IMG/VR virus record: IMGVR_UViG_3300001679_000053
Span: 1-64,000 of that record
DNA: 64,000 nt
Origin: a virus
Reading direction: 5' to 3' (one strand)
Numbering within the stretch: position 1 is the first letter of the stretch; each line of letters begins with the position of its first letter. The position numbers were made by a program, and so were the translations under genes. Positions 41,871-51,726 of this stretch are shown one piece after another. The notes beneath the pieces were generated by a model that was not told the DNA's origin, made no database searches, and worked only from the letters and a program-made list of their open reading frames with translations.

Positions 41871-42476
41871 CTACTTAAACTCAAAATCCACGGTAGCTTT
41901 AATCTTTAGCTCTGGGATGTGTAAATGATTGGCTAAGTTGTACTTCTTACACTCGTCTGCTTCTAAAAACCAGTCAGCGTGGCTTTTTTCATGTACAATA
42001 TCTAAAAAATAATCTTTATGGTGCCCACAGTTCTCTGCCATCATCGAATATATTTTTTGATTAAGTCGTTCTGTTTCTTCGGCCGAGGCTTTAATCTCTT
42101 CGACTTTCCCAATTTCCATCGAGCTTACGTCGTGAATCATAAGAGTGGCGTCTGGGTCCATATATCTGTACCCCTCGGTACCGAAACTAAACAAGATAGC
42201 TCCGCATGACATTGCCTTACCTTGCACAATGGTGGCCACTGGGATTTTTGAATGCCTGATGTCGGAAATCATCGCCATTAGACTGTAGACCTGTCCTCCG
42301 TAACTATCTATAATAACAGGGACCACAGGTTGACCCGAGTTTTGCGCTTTGCTCATCAAATTTGAAAACTCTTTAGCTGCAGGCTCATCAAACTTGCGTA
42401 CTCTGATTAACGTGGGGAGGTCATCAATAAATTTAGGTTCCTTCAAGAGAGGGCTAAAATATTTCATAACGTTCAT
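41871..42476 (-). CDS. clpP: second ClpP-family protease subunit
   Basis: IDSYGG, GKAMSCG, LMIHD, DWFL. Confidence 0.88.
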   Translation of the reverse strand: MNVMKYFSPLLKEPKFIDDLPTLIRVRKFDEPAAKEFSNLMSKAQNSGQPVVPVIIDSYGGQVYSLMAMISDIRHSKIPVATIVQGKAMSCGAILFSFGTEGYRYMDPDATLMIHDVSSMEIGKVEEIKASAEETERLNQKIYSMMAENCGHHKDYFLDIVHEKSHADWFLEADECKKYNLANHLHIPELKIKATVDFEFK

Positions 42477-42479
42477 ACT

Positions 42480-45400
42480 CTATCCTAATAGCCTAAATGT
42501 TTGTCCGATAGCATAGGTTGAAAAGCCCCAGTTCTCATCATACTTTAACTTAGCCATGTAGGGTCGGTTTAAGTGAATCTTATCTTTCTCGGGTTTAACT
42601 GCCCAGCACCTAATTCTAGTTAGTTCGTTGTTAGAGTCAATCACCTCAACGATCCAATAAAGCTTTCCATTTTTGGTCTTGCGCGCTGTGATCTGGCGTG
42701 GAATAAACCAACACACCTGAAGCTCTGGATCAAACTCAGAAATTGGGGGGATAAACTTTTCTTTAAGCTTCTGGATCATCTCTGGTCCAATTACTAGGTT
42801 CATCGGGAATACTCCCGTGAGATCCGTCTTGAACTGGATGATCTCTGCTTCTGTAAAGTCCCCCTCGGGTCTATACAACTCTATGTTGTCTGCTAGCTTC
42901 TTAAGATTCTTAGGGCGGTTAACCACACAAGAAGACCAGAAGTGTTTACGTCCCGTAAAGCGATCATCTACAATCTGATCCAGCGCTCCACCTCGACACA
43001 AAGCATCTAGTGCCTTCTTATTAAGTTTGCTGTAGGATACCCCTTCGCGGAACAATAGATCCTCTGCGTTCATGAAGGGGCGATTCTCTAATACCTGTTC
43101 GATAGCTGCCATGCCAAGCCCCTTAATGGATGTAAGCGGCTGGATTAGTGTCTTTCCATCTTTGCTAATCTCCCACACAACGCCTGATTTATTGACATCA
43201 AGTGGTTCGATATTAAATCCGTGGCTCTTGACTGTGTTGATGGCGCGTTCTTTGCGTGCTTCCGGCTCTTTGTCCAGAAACGCTGCGGCCCACTCTGCAG
43301 TATAATAAGTCCAGAGCCATGCACACTGGTAAGAAATGATACTATATGCTGTTGCATGGTTCTTAGAGAAACCATACTTAGCAAAGCCTTCCATAAGTTC
43401 CCAGATCTCTTCTGCAGTTCTGATGGACATTCCCTTTTCGTTCGCTCCTTGAACAAACTGCTGCTTAAACTCAATCAGGAGATGTTCTTTACCTGTGCCG
43501 CGCTTGGTCAAAAGCTTGCGGATAGTATTACCATCGTCTCGGGAAATGTCCTTGCCAATCCGGTGAGTGATCTCAGAAATCTGCTCTTGGAAAATAACAT
43601 GGCCATAACTCTCTTCTGTTATCTCTTTGAAGAGGGGGTGGTACCACTCGATGTCAGCATGCCCTTCCTTGGCGGCAATGTACTGTTCGTGGACCTTGGC
43701 TGACAATGGCCCGGGACGAAAGATACTGGTGACCGCGGAGATCTCCGCAATATTCGTAGGCTTTACACTCTTACAAAATTCTTGAGCCCCTGAGTTAGTG
43801 AACTGAAAAGTTCCTGCGAACTTGCCGCGATGAAAAACATTCTTATATACCTTCTGATCGTTCAAATCAATAGCGTCGGGGTGGAGCTTTTCGTTATAAT
43901 ACTTTTTGATATCCTCGAACGTCGGCTCTTCTATTCCGTGATGGCGTCGAAGAATATGTTCGATGCAACCCTCAATCATCTTTAACGTTGAAAGCCCAAG
44001 CAAATCAAACTTAATGAAGCCCAGCGGCTCAAGGTGACGAACGTTCTGTCCTTCAGCCCAAGGCGACTGGCGCACTCCACCACTATTAATAAGCGGCATG
44101 TTCTCATTAAGATTCTCAGAGACGAGCAGCCCTCCTGCATGTCGTGAACATGAGCGTACCTGCCCAACCAAGCCGGCTACACGTGCAGCCACCTCGGGGT
44201 AGCGAGCCAGGTATGTCCTAAGTGTAGGAGAGAACTCCAACACCTCTTCCCATGTCGGTACATACACGCCGGCAGTGATGCCGTGGCGCTGTTTGGAGGG
44301 ACCTGTGGCTTCACGCATCATGACGCTGGTTACAGTGTTGACCTCAGTGAATGGAATCTCATACAGTTTAGAAATGTCCTTAATAAGTGAGCGTAGTTGA
44401 AGAGTATTCCAGTTGGAGATGGGTGCTACGCGGTCGGCGCCCCACTTCTCAATCAGCCTCTCCTTCAGAGCCATGCTGTCGGATACATCGGTATCAATAT
44501 CGGGGTAGTCTGTAGCGTCTGAACGCAGGAAGCGTTCGAAGGGTAGGTTATATTTGATAGGATCAATCTGGGTGATTTTCAGCACATACGCCACCAGCGA
44601 TCCACATGCGCTGCCGCGGCCTGGTCCAACCAGCATAATGTCTGCAGCTTCGTCAGTGATCGCCTTCATCGTCAGGAAATATTTACTGAAGCCGCGGCCG
44701 TCAATAACGTCTAACTCATATTTCAGTCGCTTAACATATTCAGGATTTTTATGAAGATCCATAAGTCGGAGCCCATCAATCGCATAGCGTAGAAGCGCTT
44801 CCGTAGCTGTTGCTCCCTCTGGAACTACAAAGTCTGGCAGCCGCACAGTGGCGTCTGGCATGAAGTTTTCGATTCGCTCATGAGCAATCCGATAAGTCTC
44901 CTCGATGCTCTCTAATACCAGATCATCATCGTAACTGAAATCACTATCTTCTGTGTACTTCTGGTAACTCTCCCACATCTGATCACCGTTCTTGGGATAT
45001 AGCTCATAACCAATTACGTCTACCGATTCAGGAAGTACCTCTTCTTTTTCTCCGTCAGTCTCTTGTCCTTTCTTCCATTGTGGTTTTCCCTTCCCAAGCC
45101 AGCCGAGGCGCTTATACATCTCTCTATCTTTCCAAGCTTCAGGGTTCGGGTAATGGCTGTCTGCGGTAGAAATTAGTTTAAGGTCAAAGTCCTTTGCCAT
45201 TTGAATAATGTATTGATTCAACTCATGCTGTTCTTGAATGTTGTTCCACTGTAATTCGGCGTACCATCTGTCTCCGAAAATAGATTGCATTTCCACTGTC
45301 GTTTCACGCATAGCGTTTAAAACAGCCTCTGGTCCCTTCTCGCGGTTCTCCCAGTAGTTTCCAGCGTACACCCCACCCAAGCATGCAGACGCAGCGATAA

Positions 45401-45935
45401 CGCCTTCTGAGTGCTTCCGGAGCAGATCATAGTCCATTCGCGGGTACCGATAGAAATAATCATCGGTATAGCTGTGAGATATTAGCTTGAATAAATTGTT
45501 TAGTCCCGTCTGATTTTGTGCTAGGAGAATAAGGTGTCGCCGGCGCTTCAAGATCGGCTGTGCATTCTTAGTATCTCCTTCATCCTCGACTGTGGCTCCG
45601 GACTGTGTGTCCTTCTTTGCGCTGCGGGCTTTCTTCTTGTCTGCCATCTCAGTATCATACGCTTCGCGCCACTCTTTAATCGATGTGGTAAAGTATGCCT
45701 CCACCCCGAAGATGGGTTTAAAATCTCTCCCTTCCGCTTTCATCTTCTTGGCATGGAGCACCTGCCACGAAAGACCATTCATGTTTCCATGATCCGTCAG
45801 TGCTAAGGCGTCCGAGCCATTCTCATATGCAAAATCCATATGCTCTTGCGGGTATCCCACCGCATCAAAAATAGAGCCTGCAACTGAATGTGCGTGCAGA
45901 CCAACAAACTTAATCTTGGATTCTTGACGATCCAT
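42480..45935 (-). CDS. dnaE: DNA polymerase III alpha subunit
   Basis: PHP domain (LHAHS, LTDHG), GRGSACGSL, PDIDTD, KFDLLGL, YGFSKNHA. Confidence 0.96.
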   Translation of the reverse strand: MDRQESKIKFVGLHAHSVAGSIFDAVGYPQEHMDFAYENGSDALALTDHGNMNGLSWQVLHAKKMKAEGRDFKPIFGVEAYFTTSIKEWREAYDTEMADKKKARSAKKDTQSGATVEDEGDTKNAQPILKRRRHLILLAQNQTGLNNLFKLISHSYTDDYFYRYPRMDYDLLRKHSEGVIAASACLGGVYAGNYWENREKGPEAVLNAMRETTVEMQSIFGDRWYAELQWNNIQEQHELNQYIIQMAKDFDLKLISTADSHYPNPEAWKDREMYKRLGWLGKGKPQWKKGQETDGEKEEVLPESVDVIGYELYPKNGDQMWESYQKYTEDSDFSYDDDLVLESIEETYRIAHERIENFMPDATVRLPDFVVPEGATATEALLRYAIDGLRLMDLHKNPEYVKRLKYELDVIDGRGFSKYFLTMKAITDEAADIMLVGPGRGSACGSLVAYVLKITQIDPIKYNLPFERFLRSDATDYPDIDTDVSDSMALKERLIEKWGADRVAPISNWNTLQLRSLIKDISKLYEIPFTEVNTVTSVMMREATGPSKQRHGITAGVYVPTWEEVLEFSPTLRTYLARYPEVAARVAGLVGQVRSCSRHAGGLLVSENLNENMPLINSGGVRQSPWAEGQNVRHLEPLGFIKFDLLGLSTLKMIEGCIEHILRRHHGIEEPTFEDIKKYYNEKLHPDAIDLNDQKVYKNVFHRGKFAGTFQFTNSGAQEFCKSVKPTNIAEISAVTSIFRPGPLSAKVHEQYIAAKEGHADIEWYHPLFKEITEESYGHVIFQEQISEITHRIGKDISRDDGNTIRKLLTKRGTGKEHLLIEFKQQFVQGANEKGMSIRTAEEIWELMEGFAKYGFSKNHATAYSIISYQCAWLWTYYTAEWAAAFLDKEPEARKERAINTVKSHGFNIEPLDVNKSGVVWEISKDGKTLIQPLTSIKGLGMAAIEQVLENRPFMNAEDLLFREGVSYSKLNKKALDALCRGGALDQIVDDRFTGRKHFWSSCVVNRPKNLKKLADNIELYRPEGDFTEAEIIQFKTDLTGVFPMNLVIGPEMIQKLKEKFIPPISEFDPELQVCWFIPRQITARKTKNGKLYWIVEVIDSNNELTRIRCWAVKPEKDKIHLNRPYMAKLKYDENWGFSTYAIGQTFRLLG

Positions 45936-46813
45936 TATTCCTCCGAGGTATATGGTAATTTAACATGTATGTGGGGTTTTGTCAACCCCTCTTCAGGAGT
46001 ATTTATTATATTGTCTGAAGATAGAAAATTACGATACCCACTCCAATTAGAGATATCGTAATGCCAATCAAGCTCTACTTTGTGAGCATTTTTATCGTCT
46101 ACTGCCTCAAAAACGTCTTCCAGAGTGAAGTATCGGGCTGACCACCGGTCTTGCAGTGGTAATTTTTGGCTTGGGTACTGCTGGCCCGGTGAAGGGGGTA
46201 AATATTCCCTTGTTGTCTTTTGGTTTACTGTTCTTCGGCATAATTTAAAGTCTTCTCCTGTCATTGTAAATGAAATTGGTAAATTATTTTTAATATGGTT
46301 TTGTTTGTGAGTGAAGAAAAAATTCTTCTTTGGATCCGAGATTTCTCGGCGCCAGGTTCTCACTTGGTATACATCAAATGCCGAAAGAGGAAACGAAATA
46401 TAATATTTGTCGGGTGTGATCCATTGAGAAATATTATGAGCGACTCTCCAAGCACAGTGTATGCCATATAAAACCGACCACCCATAAGAATCACGTCTAT
46501 CGCGATCCTTCGGGTGAATCGGTACGTAGTAAATAGGTATTTCTTTTCGTTGTTCCGAACTAAATTTGGCTGGACTGTGATAATATACCGGATCATATAC
46601 CCAGTCACCCACGATTTCTCTAATAACAGGAGCCAAATCATCGTTTGCCACAATCCAAATAGTATTGCATCCAGCCATGGCACACTCAAAAACTGATTTC
46701 TGAATAGCTGAAAATCCATGACCAATAGGTAGAAGAACTTCCGGTATCGCCACCTGAAAATTAGTCTTAAGATTAGCTAAGGGTATTATGCCTGCTAGGT
46801 GCAAACGGCTCAT
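45935..46813 (-). CDS. divergent sugar-nucleotidyltransferase-like protein
   Basis: AGIIP...P..LLPI...AGC..IWIV; GxGTR motif absent. Confidence 0.6.
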   Translation of the reverse strand: MSRLHLAGIIPLANLKTNFQVAIPEVLLPIGHGFSAIQKSVFECAMAGCNTIWIVANDDLAPVIREIVGDWVYDPVYYHSPAKFSSEQRKEIPIYYVPIHPKDRDRRDSYGWSVLYGIHCAWRVAHNISQWITPDKYYISFPLSAFDVYQVRTWRREISDPKKNFFFTHKQNHIKNNLPISFTMTGEDFKLCRRTVNQKTTREYLPPSPGQQYPSQKLPLQDRWSARYFTLEDVFEAVDDKNAHKVELDWHYDISNWSGYRNFLSSDNIINTPEEGLTKPHIHVKLPYTSEE

Positions 46814-47697
46814 AAATATTTTAAAAATCTATCGTAGGCCACGCTAGCGGACGACAAAGAATTAAGCAAACTTTGTGTACTTTGCTTCGGAATCGTGACA
46901 TTCGCTTCACTCGGTGTGGCTTCAGTTCTTTGCTGATGCGTTTGGCGTCCAATGCTAGTTGTTCTAAATTTGTAATGTTTCGGGTTTCCGGCTGTTGTGT
47001 ATCCACCTGCAAATTGTCCTTTCATTCCTCTGGATTCCATTTCATGAATGGTTTTAAAGCGCGCCATTGTTTCGGAATGATCAAAATCCAATAGCTGTTG
47101 TTCTGTTAGTGTTGATACCGCACAAGCATCTCTAACAGGAGTATTTCCATCAATACGGTCGGAAGAATAAAACCATATCTCGCTGACAAAATCATCATTT
47201 GTGCGAATATGGTCGATTTCATGCTTGCCGCCTTTATTGAATGCAATATAATCATAACATATATATGTGGTCTCGTCAAGAGATTTCTCGGTGGCCAGTC
47301 CGGCGGCTGATTGATCGCCAAAGTATAAGCACTCATTAAACTTCAATTCAAAAATCTTCGAATATTCATTAGAACAAACGAGAGTATCACCATTATAACG
47401 CATCGTGTGACACAAATTCGAAAGGGGCGCCTTGCCATCTAAAGAAAGCAAAAACAGCAACCTCTCCCACAGAACGCTTTTCGGGATGCCTATAAGTTTT
47501 TCTTCTTCAAACGTCGTTAAACTTTTAGGAGGCCGGCTGGGGGCCTTCAAAAAAGTCAAGTCTTGGCCTGGTTCCAAATAGTCAAATCTAAAGGGTCGTT
47601 GTGCCTTTGTAAAAAAAATAGGACAGTTATTGTTGAATGCGTAAAGAACAGCGTCCAAGCAACTTCCTACCACTATTTTATCGTACTCAAATATCAA
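46810..47697 (-). CDS. hypothetical protein with a degenerate FAD/NAD Rossmann N-terminus
   Basis: YDKIVVGSCLDAVLYA; TTG start right after a TTGACA-17-TATAAT promoter. Confidence 0.6.
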   Translation of the reverse strand: MIFEYDKIVVGSCLDAVLYAFNNNCPIFFTKAQRPFRFDYLEPGQDLTFLKAPSRPPKSLTTFEEEKLIGIPKSVLWERLLFLLSLDGKAPLSNLCHTMRYNGDTLVCSNEYSKIFELKFNECLYFGDQSAAGLATEKSLDETTYICYDYIAFNKGGKHEIDHIRTNDDFVSEIWFYSSDRIDGNTPVRDACAVSTLTEQQLLDFDHSETMARFKTIHEMESRGMKGQFAGGYTTAGNPKHYKFRTTSIGRQTHQQRTEATPSEANVTIPKQSTQSLLNSLSSASVAYDRFLKYL

Positions 47698-47733
47698 TTG
47701 TTATATTATAACTTAGTTGACTTTGTTTGTCAA

Positions 47734-48270
47734 TTATTTTTGGCGGATTCCATAAGAATCGAAACCACCATAATACCAGATAGGGTGCATTATATGATAA
47801 CGTTGGCGGTAGTGTAACCACCCTAATGCGTGGCCAAATTCGTGTTCTAACACTCGATCTTTTCGTGCATATTTAGGTAAAACAAATATTTTAGCTTTCA
47901 CAATGGCACCTGTTGTCGTGTCCGTATATAAGCGTGTGGATGCCATATTAGAATTGGCAAATCCAGACTCGGGTAAAGTTATTATTATTTCTCCCATCTT
48001 GGGGTTCATACACATGCTAAAATTATCCTTTTTCACGATACCAAATTCATACCCGAGCCGGCTCCAATATTCAACCGCATTATATACCCGGGACAAAGAG
48101 ACCTCAGACGTTGCACAGACACGCACACTGGGTGGGCTTTTCCACTCCGCTTTGCGCTTGGGCTCACCCAGCGCAAAAACTTCCATAGGAATGGTATCAT
48201 TTATCTTTAGAATCGCCTCTTCGTGTGTCACCAATCCCACGCAACTCAAGAAGAGAAGTATAATGCCCAT
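47734..48270 (-). CDS. matrixin/metzincin-like metalloprotease
   Basis: HEFGHALGWLH plus Met-turn HIMHP; signal peptide. Confidence 0.85.
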   Translation of the reverse strand: MGIILLFLSCVGLVTHEEAILKINDTIPMEVFALGEPKRKAEWKSPPSVRVCATSEVSLSRVYNAVEYWSRLGYEFGIVKKDNFSMCMNPKMGEIIITLPESGFANSNMASTRLYTDTTTGAIVKAKIFVLPKYARKDRVLEHEFGHALGWLHYRQRYHIMHPIWYYGGFDSYGIRQK

Positions 48271-48292
48271 GCATTAACTAGAATTAAAAAAT

Positions 48293-49222
48293 TTAATTCT
48301 TTATCTTATCTAAGATCTCAATATCGTATTTAACCTCGTCCAACAGGTCTCTTAACTCTAGCCCAGCGCAGTCTATTTTATTTTTACTGATATGGTAGTG
48401 GCTCACAAATCCAGAATAGTTGCCATACGCCACATTTTGCTCATACTTAGTAGAGGTTTTTCCAAACTGACCAGTGGGGCATTCGTAGGGAATTCCTGTT
48501 GCTCCATGGATGGCTTTCCAGAGAGCTTGCGCTGCCTTAATCTGCTCAGGATAAAACCCAAGAAACGCGTCTAGCTGATGGCTATGGACCCAAGCCCCAT
48601 CTATCACAGGGCGTGACCCGAAGCCGTGAGATTTGTACCAGTCTTGATATTTAGGGTAGTATGCATTACTAATCTCTACGCCCACGGACGGGCGGTTAGT
48701 ACGAGAAGAGCCGGCATGCCATGCGGCATGTTGCATGTCAAGAGTCTGGTATATGGTGCCATCGTTATCTATCAAAAAATGAACTGAGATACCGCGTCTA
48801 TCCAGAACGCTCTGACACGACTTGGAGGATAGGCACACATCCCAATGATTAACAAAGTATCTAATCTTGCGCTTTGGGCGCCCGGAGTAATCATAGTAGT
48901 GTCCGCTTTTCGCTTGCATCCCACCTTTTTCAGACCACAGAACAAACTTATCCCATTCAATCGGGTGGAAGTCTCCATTGTATACAATGTAATTAGAATA
49001 GTGGCAATCGTTGGGCTTGTAGTCATCGATGGCCGCTTGGCGCTCAGTCCACAAACGCCGGAATGTCATCGGACCACACAGCCCATCGCCTTTTAGTCCA
49101 CGGCCTTTCTGCCATTTCTTGATGGCGCGTACTAATTTATCATCAAAGTACTTTTCGCCAAACCATCCGGGCTCCCAGCCAAGCTTCTTGGCTGATGCTT
49201 CATTATAGAAGTGTTTGTCCAT
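48293..49222 (-). CDS. N-acetylmuramoyl-L-alanine amidase with peptidoglycan-binding domain (endolysin-like)
   Basis: AIKKWQ...DGLCGPMT; SVHFLID, AWHAG, SVGVEI, SHY....KIDC. Confidence 0.88.
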   Translation of the reverse strand: MDKHFYNEASAKKLGWEPGWFGEKYFDDKLVRAIKKWQKGRGLKGDGLCGPMTFRRLWTERQAAIDDYKPNDCHYSNYIVYNGDFHPIEWDKFVLWSEKGGMQAKSGHYYDYSGRPKRKIRYFVNHWDVCLSSKSCQSVLDRRGISVHFLIDNDGTIYQTLDMQHAAWHAGSSRTNRPSVGVEISNAYYPKYQDWYKSHGFGSRPVIDGAWVHSHQLDAFLGFYPEQIKAAQALWKAIHGATGIPYECPTGQFGKTSTKYEQNVAYGNYSGFVSHYHISKNKIDCAGLELRDLLDEVKYDIEILDKIKN

Positions 49223-49247
49223 GTATCGTTGACCCCCGCTGGGTCCT

Positions 49248-49520
49248 TTATTTTATAATTCCCAGCACATAGTTATCTAATATAACGTTATAAATAGTGC
49301 CGCCGATACTAATTTCTTCGATCATAGACCGGTCCACTATAAGTTTGTCCCCTTGACCAACATCGATTCGTAAATCAGGGGCAGCCCTCAATACCGACAC
49401 TTCCGCATGGCGATCAATTTCCGGAGCATAATCTTCTGGAAGAACAATTAAAGATTCTGCGGAGGGGTCAGGGTTGTTGTTAACATCAATAAGAATGTGT
49501 CGATTAACTGGATTAAACAT
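49248..49520 (-). CDS. groES: GroES-like co-chaperonin
   Basis: FNPVNRHILI, LIVLP, GDKLIV, VLGII. Confidence 0.7.
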   Translation of the reverse strand: MFNPVNRHILIDVNNNPDPSAESLIVLPEDYAPEIDRHAEVSVLRAAPDLRIDVGQGDKLIVDRSMIEEISIGGTIYNVILDNYVLGIIK

Positions 49521-49743
49521 TGCTTATCTCTCTTTCTAAAATACTGCTGTGTTGTTTATACTGTCTCTCAGACATGAATGCTTCGGTTCGGCGTCCACAA
49601 TTTTTGCAATTCATTGTAACATGATAATTATTTCCGGCGGTAGTTTGTCCGTCACCAACGGGCTGGTAATAACACTCTTTATGTCCGAGTGCGTTACATG
49701 TTCTTTTTAGTTCGCTTCTTTCTATTAAATGATTAAAATTCAT
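49513..49743 (-). CDS. small Zn-binding hypothetical protein
   Basis: C...GH..C...CKNC; start at MNFNH. Confidence 0.65.
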   Translation of the reverse strand: MNFNHLIERSELKRTCNALGHKECYYQPVGDGQTTAGNNYHVTMNCKNCGRRTEAFMSERQYKQHSSILEREISNV

Positions 49744-49753
49744 TTCTCTCTCG

Positions 49754-51721
49754 TTAAATTGTGCAGGTGTCGTTTGTACAGAACTTAGTTCCTTCGCCGG
49801 CTTCTTCAGTATCAATGCGCTGAATTTGAACCACTTTCTTTATTCTCTCTTCATACTCTTCTTTCGTTATTGGTTCGTATGGTGCTTGTTTGTATCCGGT
49901 TTCTTTGTATCTAAGGAAGGAGACTGCTTTAAGTCTTGTCTCATATAGTTCAAGAGCACTTTTAATTTGGCCTGCTTCCTCATCCTTAAACGTGATAGTA
50001 ACAGACACGGCGTTATCGGCCCAATAATGTTGATACTGGGCAGCAATTTCAAGTTGTTCCCACATCGAGACATCCCGCTTTCCTTTGTGGAAATACGGCT
50101 CTTTGACAGGAAACTCGACACAAGTAGTATTCGGAGAATATTCATCATCCTCCATAGTATAGCCGGCTTCTCTAATGCTGTCAAGTAATTTTGATTCTTT
50201 TGAGAACCTGATACGTCTAATATAGTATTCATCTTCTGGGAAGTGGATGCCGGGCGTGGAGCCGTTCAGCAACGACACAGTTCCCGATGGCTTAATAGAA
50301 GTTGTTCTGATCGATTTGGGAACACACAGCCAGTCTGAATATTCTTTGTCAAGTAACTGAATGTGTTCGTAAGCATCATCGCACCACTTTAACATATTAC
50401 GCCGGCCATGTTTATTAAATGCTTGGACGATGCCCGACTGTGAAAGTCCGATACGGCGGTTCTTGAGCATCATGGCGTTGGTCTCGGGCCAGTGAGTATT
50501 GACCAGCGTGACTGTCTTCCCATATAGATACGCACACTTGAGAGTTTTTAGATAGTCCTCATACGTCTCGTGCTTTGCGGGGAATGTCTCCACCAAACAA
50601 CAGCATTCACCATCGTGAAGTTGCTGTTCGCTGCAGGGGTTGAATCCTGCCACATTAACGTCATCTAATCGATCATCATCCTTAAAGCGTCCCTTGGTCT
50701 GTGCGTTTCGCAACCAGATATAGCCGGGCTCGCCGTTTTTCTTACTCTGTTCTGCGTGCCAAGTGTAGTCCATTCCAACCACCGCATTGAAGGAGTTATT
50801 GGAGCCCCATCGATGATGATATAACTTCTCTTGATCGTTTTTCATCTCAAGGTAGCGTTTATCATCGTAGTTCCCCATCGCTAGAGCGGCCGATCGGCGG
50901 ACGTTTCCGGCTACCACACACCGACCGATAAGATTCTCTGTATCAACAATATCGACCGATGAGATAGGCTCTCCGATCTTAGAGGCGAACAGTTCTGTTA
51001 AGTTTTCGTGTAGTTCCAGCAGTGGTTCATGTCCTGACGCTGTTCCACCGAATCCATTAATTTTAGAACCGGGAGGCCGGATGGCTGTGTAGTCAAACTT
51101 TGGTACTTTGGCACCTAAAAAGAAGCCATCGAGAAGGTTATGAACCGAATTGACCCATCCTTCACGGCTGTCATCGATTATAAGTGTGTCGCCTGTGTAT
51201 TCTGGCTCTTTGATGGTAAACGTATTTGCCCCAAGAGTGTCGAAACCAACACCGACACCGAGCATCAATGCGTCCATCATCCAAGCGAACAGATAGCCAC
51301 CCTTGGTGGCCAACTCTTTGGTTGAACGAAAGGCACAGTTAAACAATGCAGCCCCAGTTTTCTCTTCCACAAACTTCGTCCCCATCATCCATAAGCCGCG
51401 GCCCGGAGGCGTCCATTTCAGGTTGAATAGGCGATCGTATGCGTCCTTAGCCGTCGTCTGTGCTTTCTGATCGTTCCAGCCTAGTCCCAACATAACAACA
51501 TGTTGCTTCTGGACATTAAACATTCCCTCGATCACGCGGCGGCATGTCTGGTGCCATTCTTCGGTACCGGTTGCTTGTGGATCAAATTCGCTCAACCGTC
51601 TCGAATATGTGCGTTTGTATGTGATATAGCCGATCGGGCCCCAGGGTACCTTTGCTGTTTTATATGGTTCGATAAATGTGTCCGATAATCTAAATCGGCG
51701 GATGTTCTCAATGGTTCTCAT
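49754..51721 (-). CDS. nrdJ: class II (B12-dependent) ribonucleoside-triphosphate reductase
   Basis: PPGRGLW, NC, RRSA, NPCSEQ, TSIKPSGTVS, C-terminal CTNDTC. Confidence 0.93.
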   Translation of the reverse strand: MRTIENIRRFRLSDTFIEPYKTAKVPWGPIGYITYKRTYSRRLSEFDPQATGTEEWHQTCRRVIEGMFNVQKQHVVMLGLGWNDQKAQTTAKDAYDRLFNLKWTPPGRGLWMMGTKFVEEKTGAALFNCAFRSTKELATKGGYLFAWMMDALMLGVGVGFDTLGANTFTIKEPEYTGDTLIIDDSREGWVNSVHNLLDGFFLGAKVPKFDYTAIRPPGSKINGFGGTASGHEPLLELHENLTELFASKIGEPISSVDIVDTENLIGRCVVAGNVRRSAALAMGNYDDKRYLEMKNDQEKLYHHRWGSNNSFNAVVGMDYTWHAEQSKKNGEPGYIWLRNAQTKGRFKDDDRLDDVNVAGFNPCSEQQLHDGECCCLVETFPAKHETYEDYLKTLKCAYLYGKTVTLVNTHWPETNAMMLKNRRIGLSQSGIVQAFNKHGRRNMLKWCDDAYEHIQLLDKEYSDWLCVPKSIRTTSIKPSGTVSLLNGSTPGIHFPEDEYYIRRIRFSKESKLLDSIREAGYTMEDDEYSPNTTCVEFPVKEPYFHKGKRDVSMWEQLEIAAQYQHYWADNAVSVTITFKDEEAGQIKSALELYETRLKAVSFLRYKETGYKQAPYEPITKEEYEERIKKVVQIQRIDTEEAGEGTKFCTNDTCTI

Positions 51722-51726
51722 TTTTA

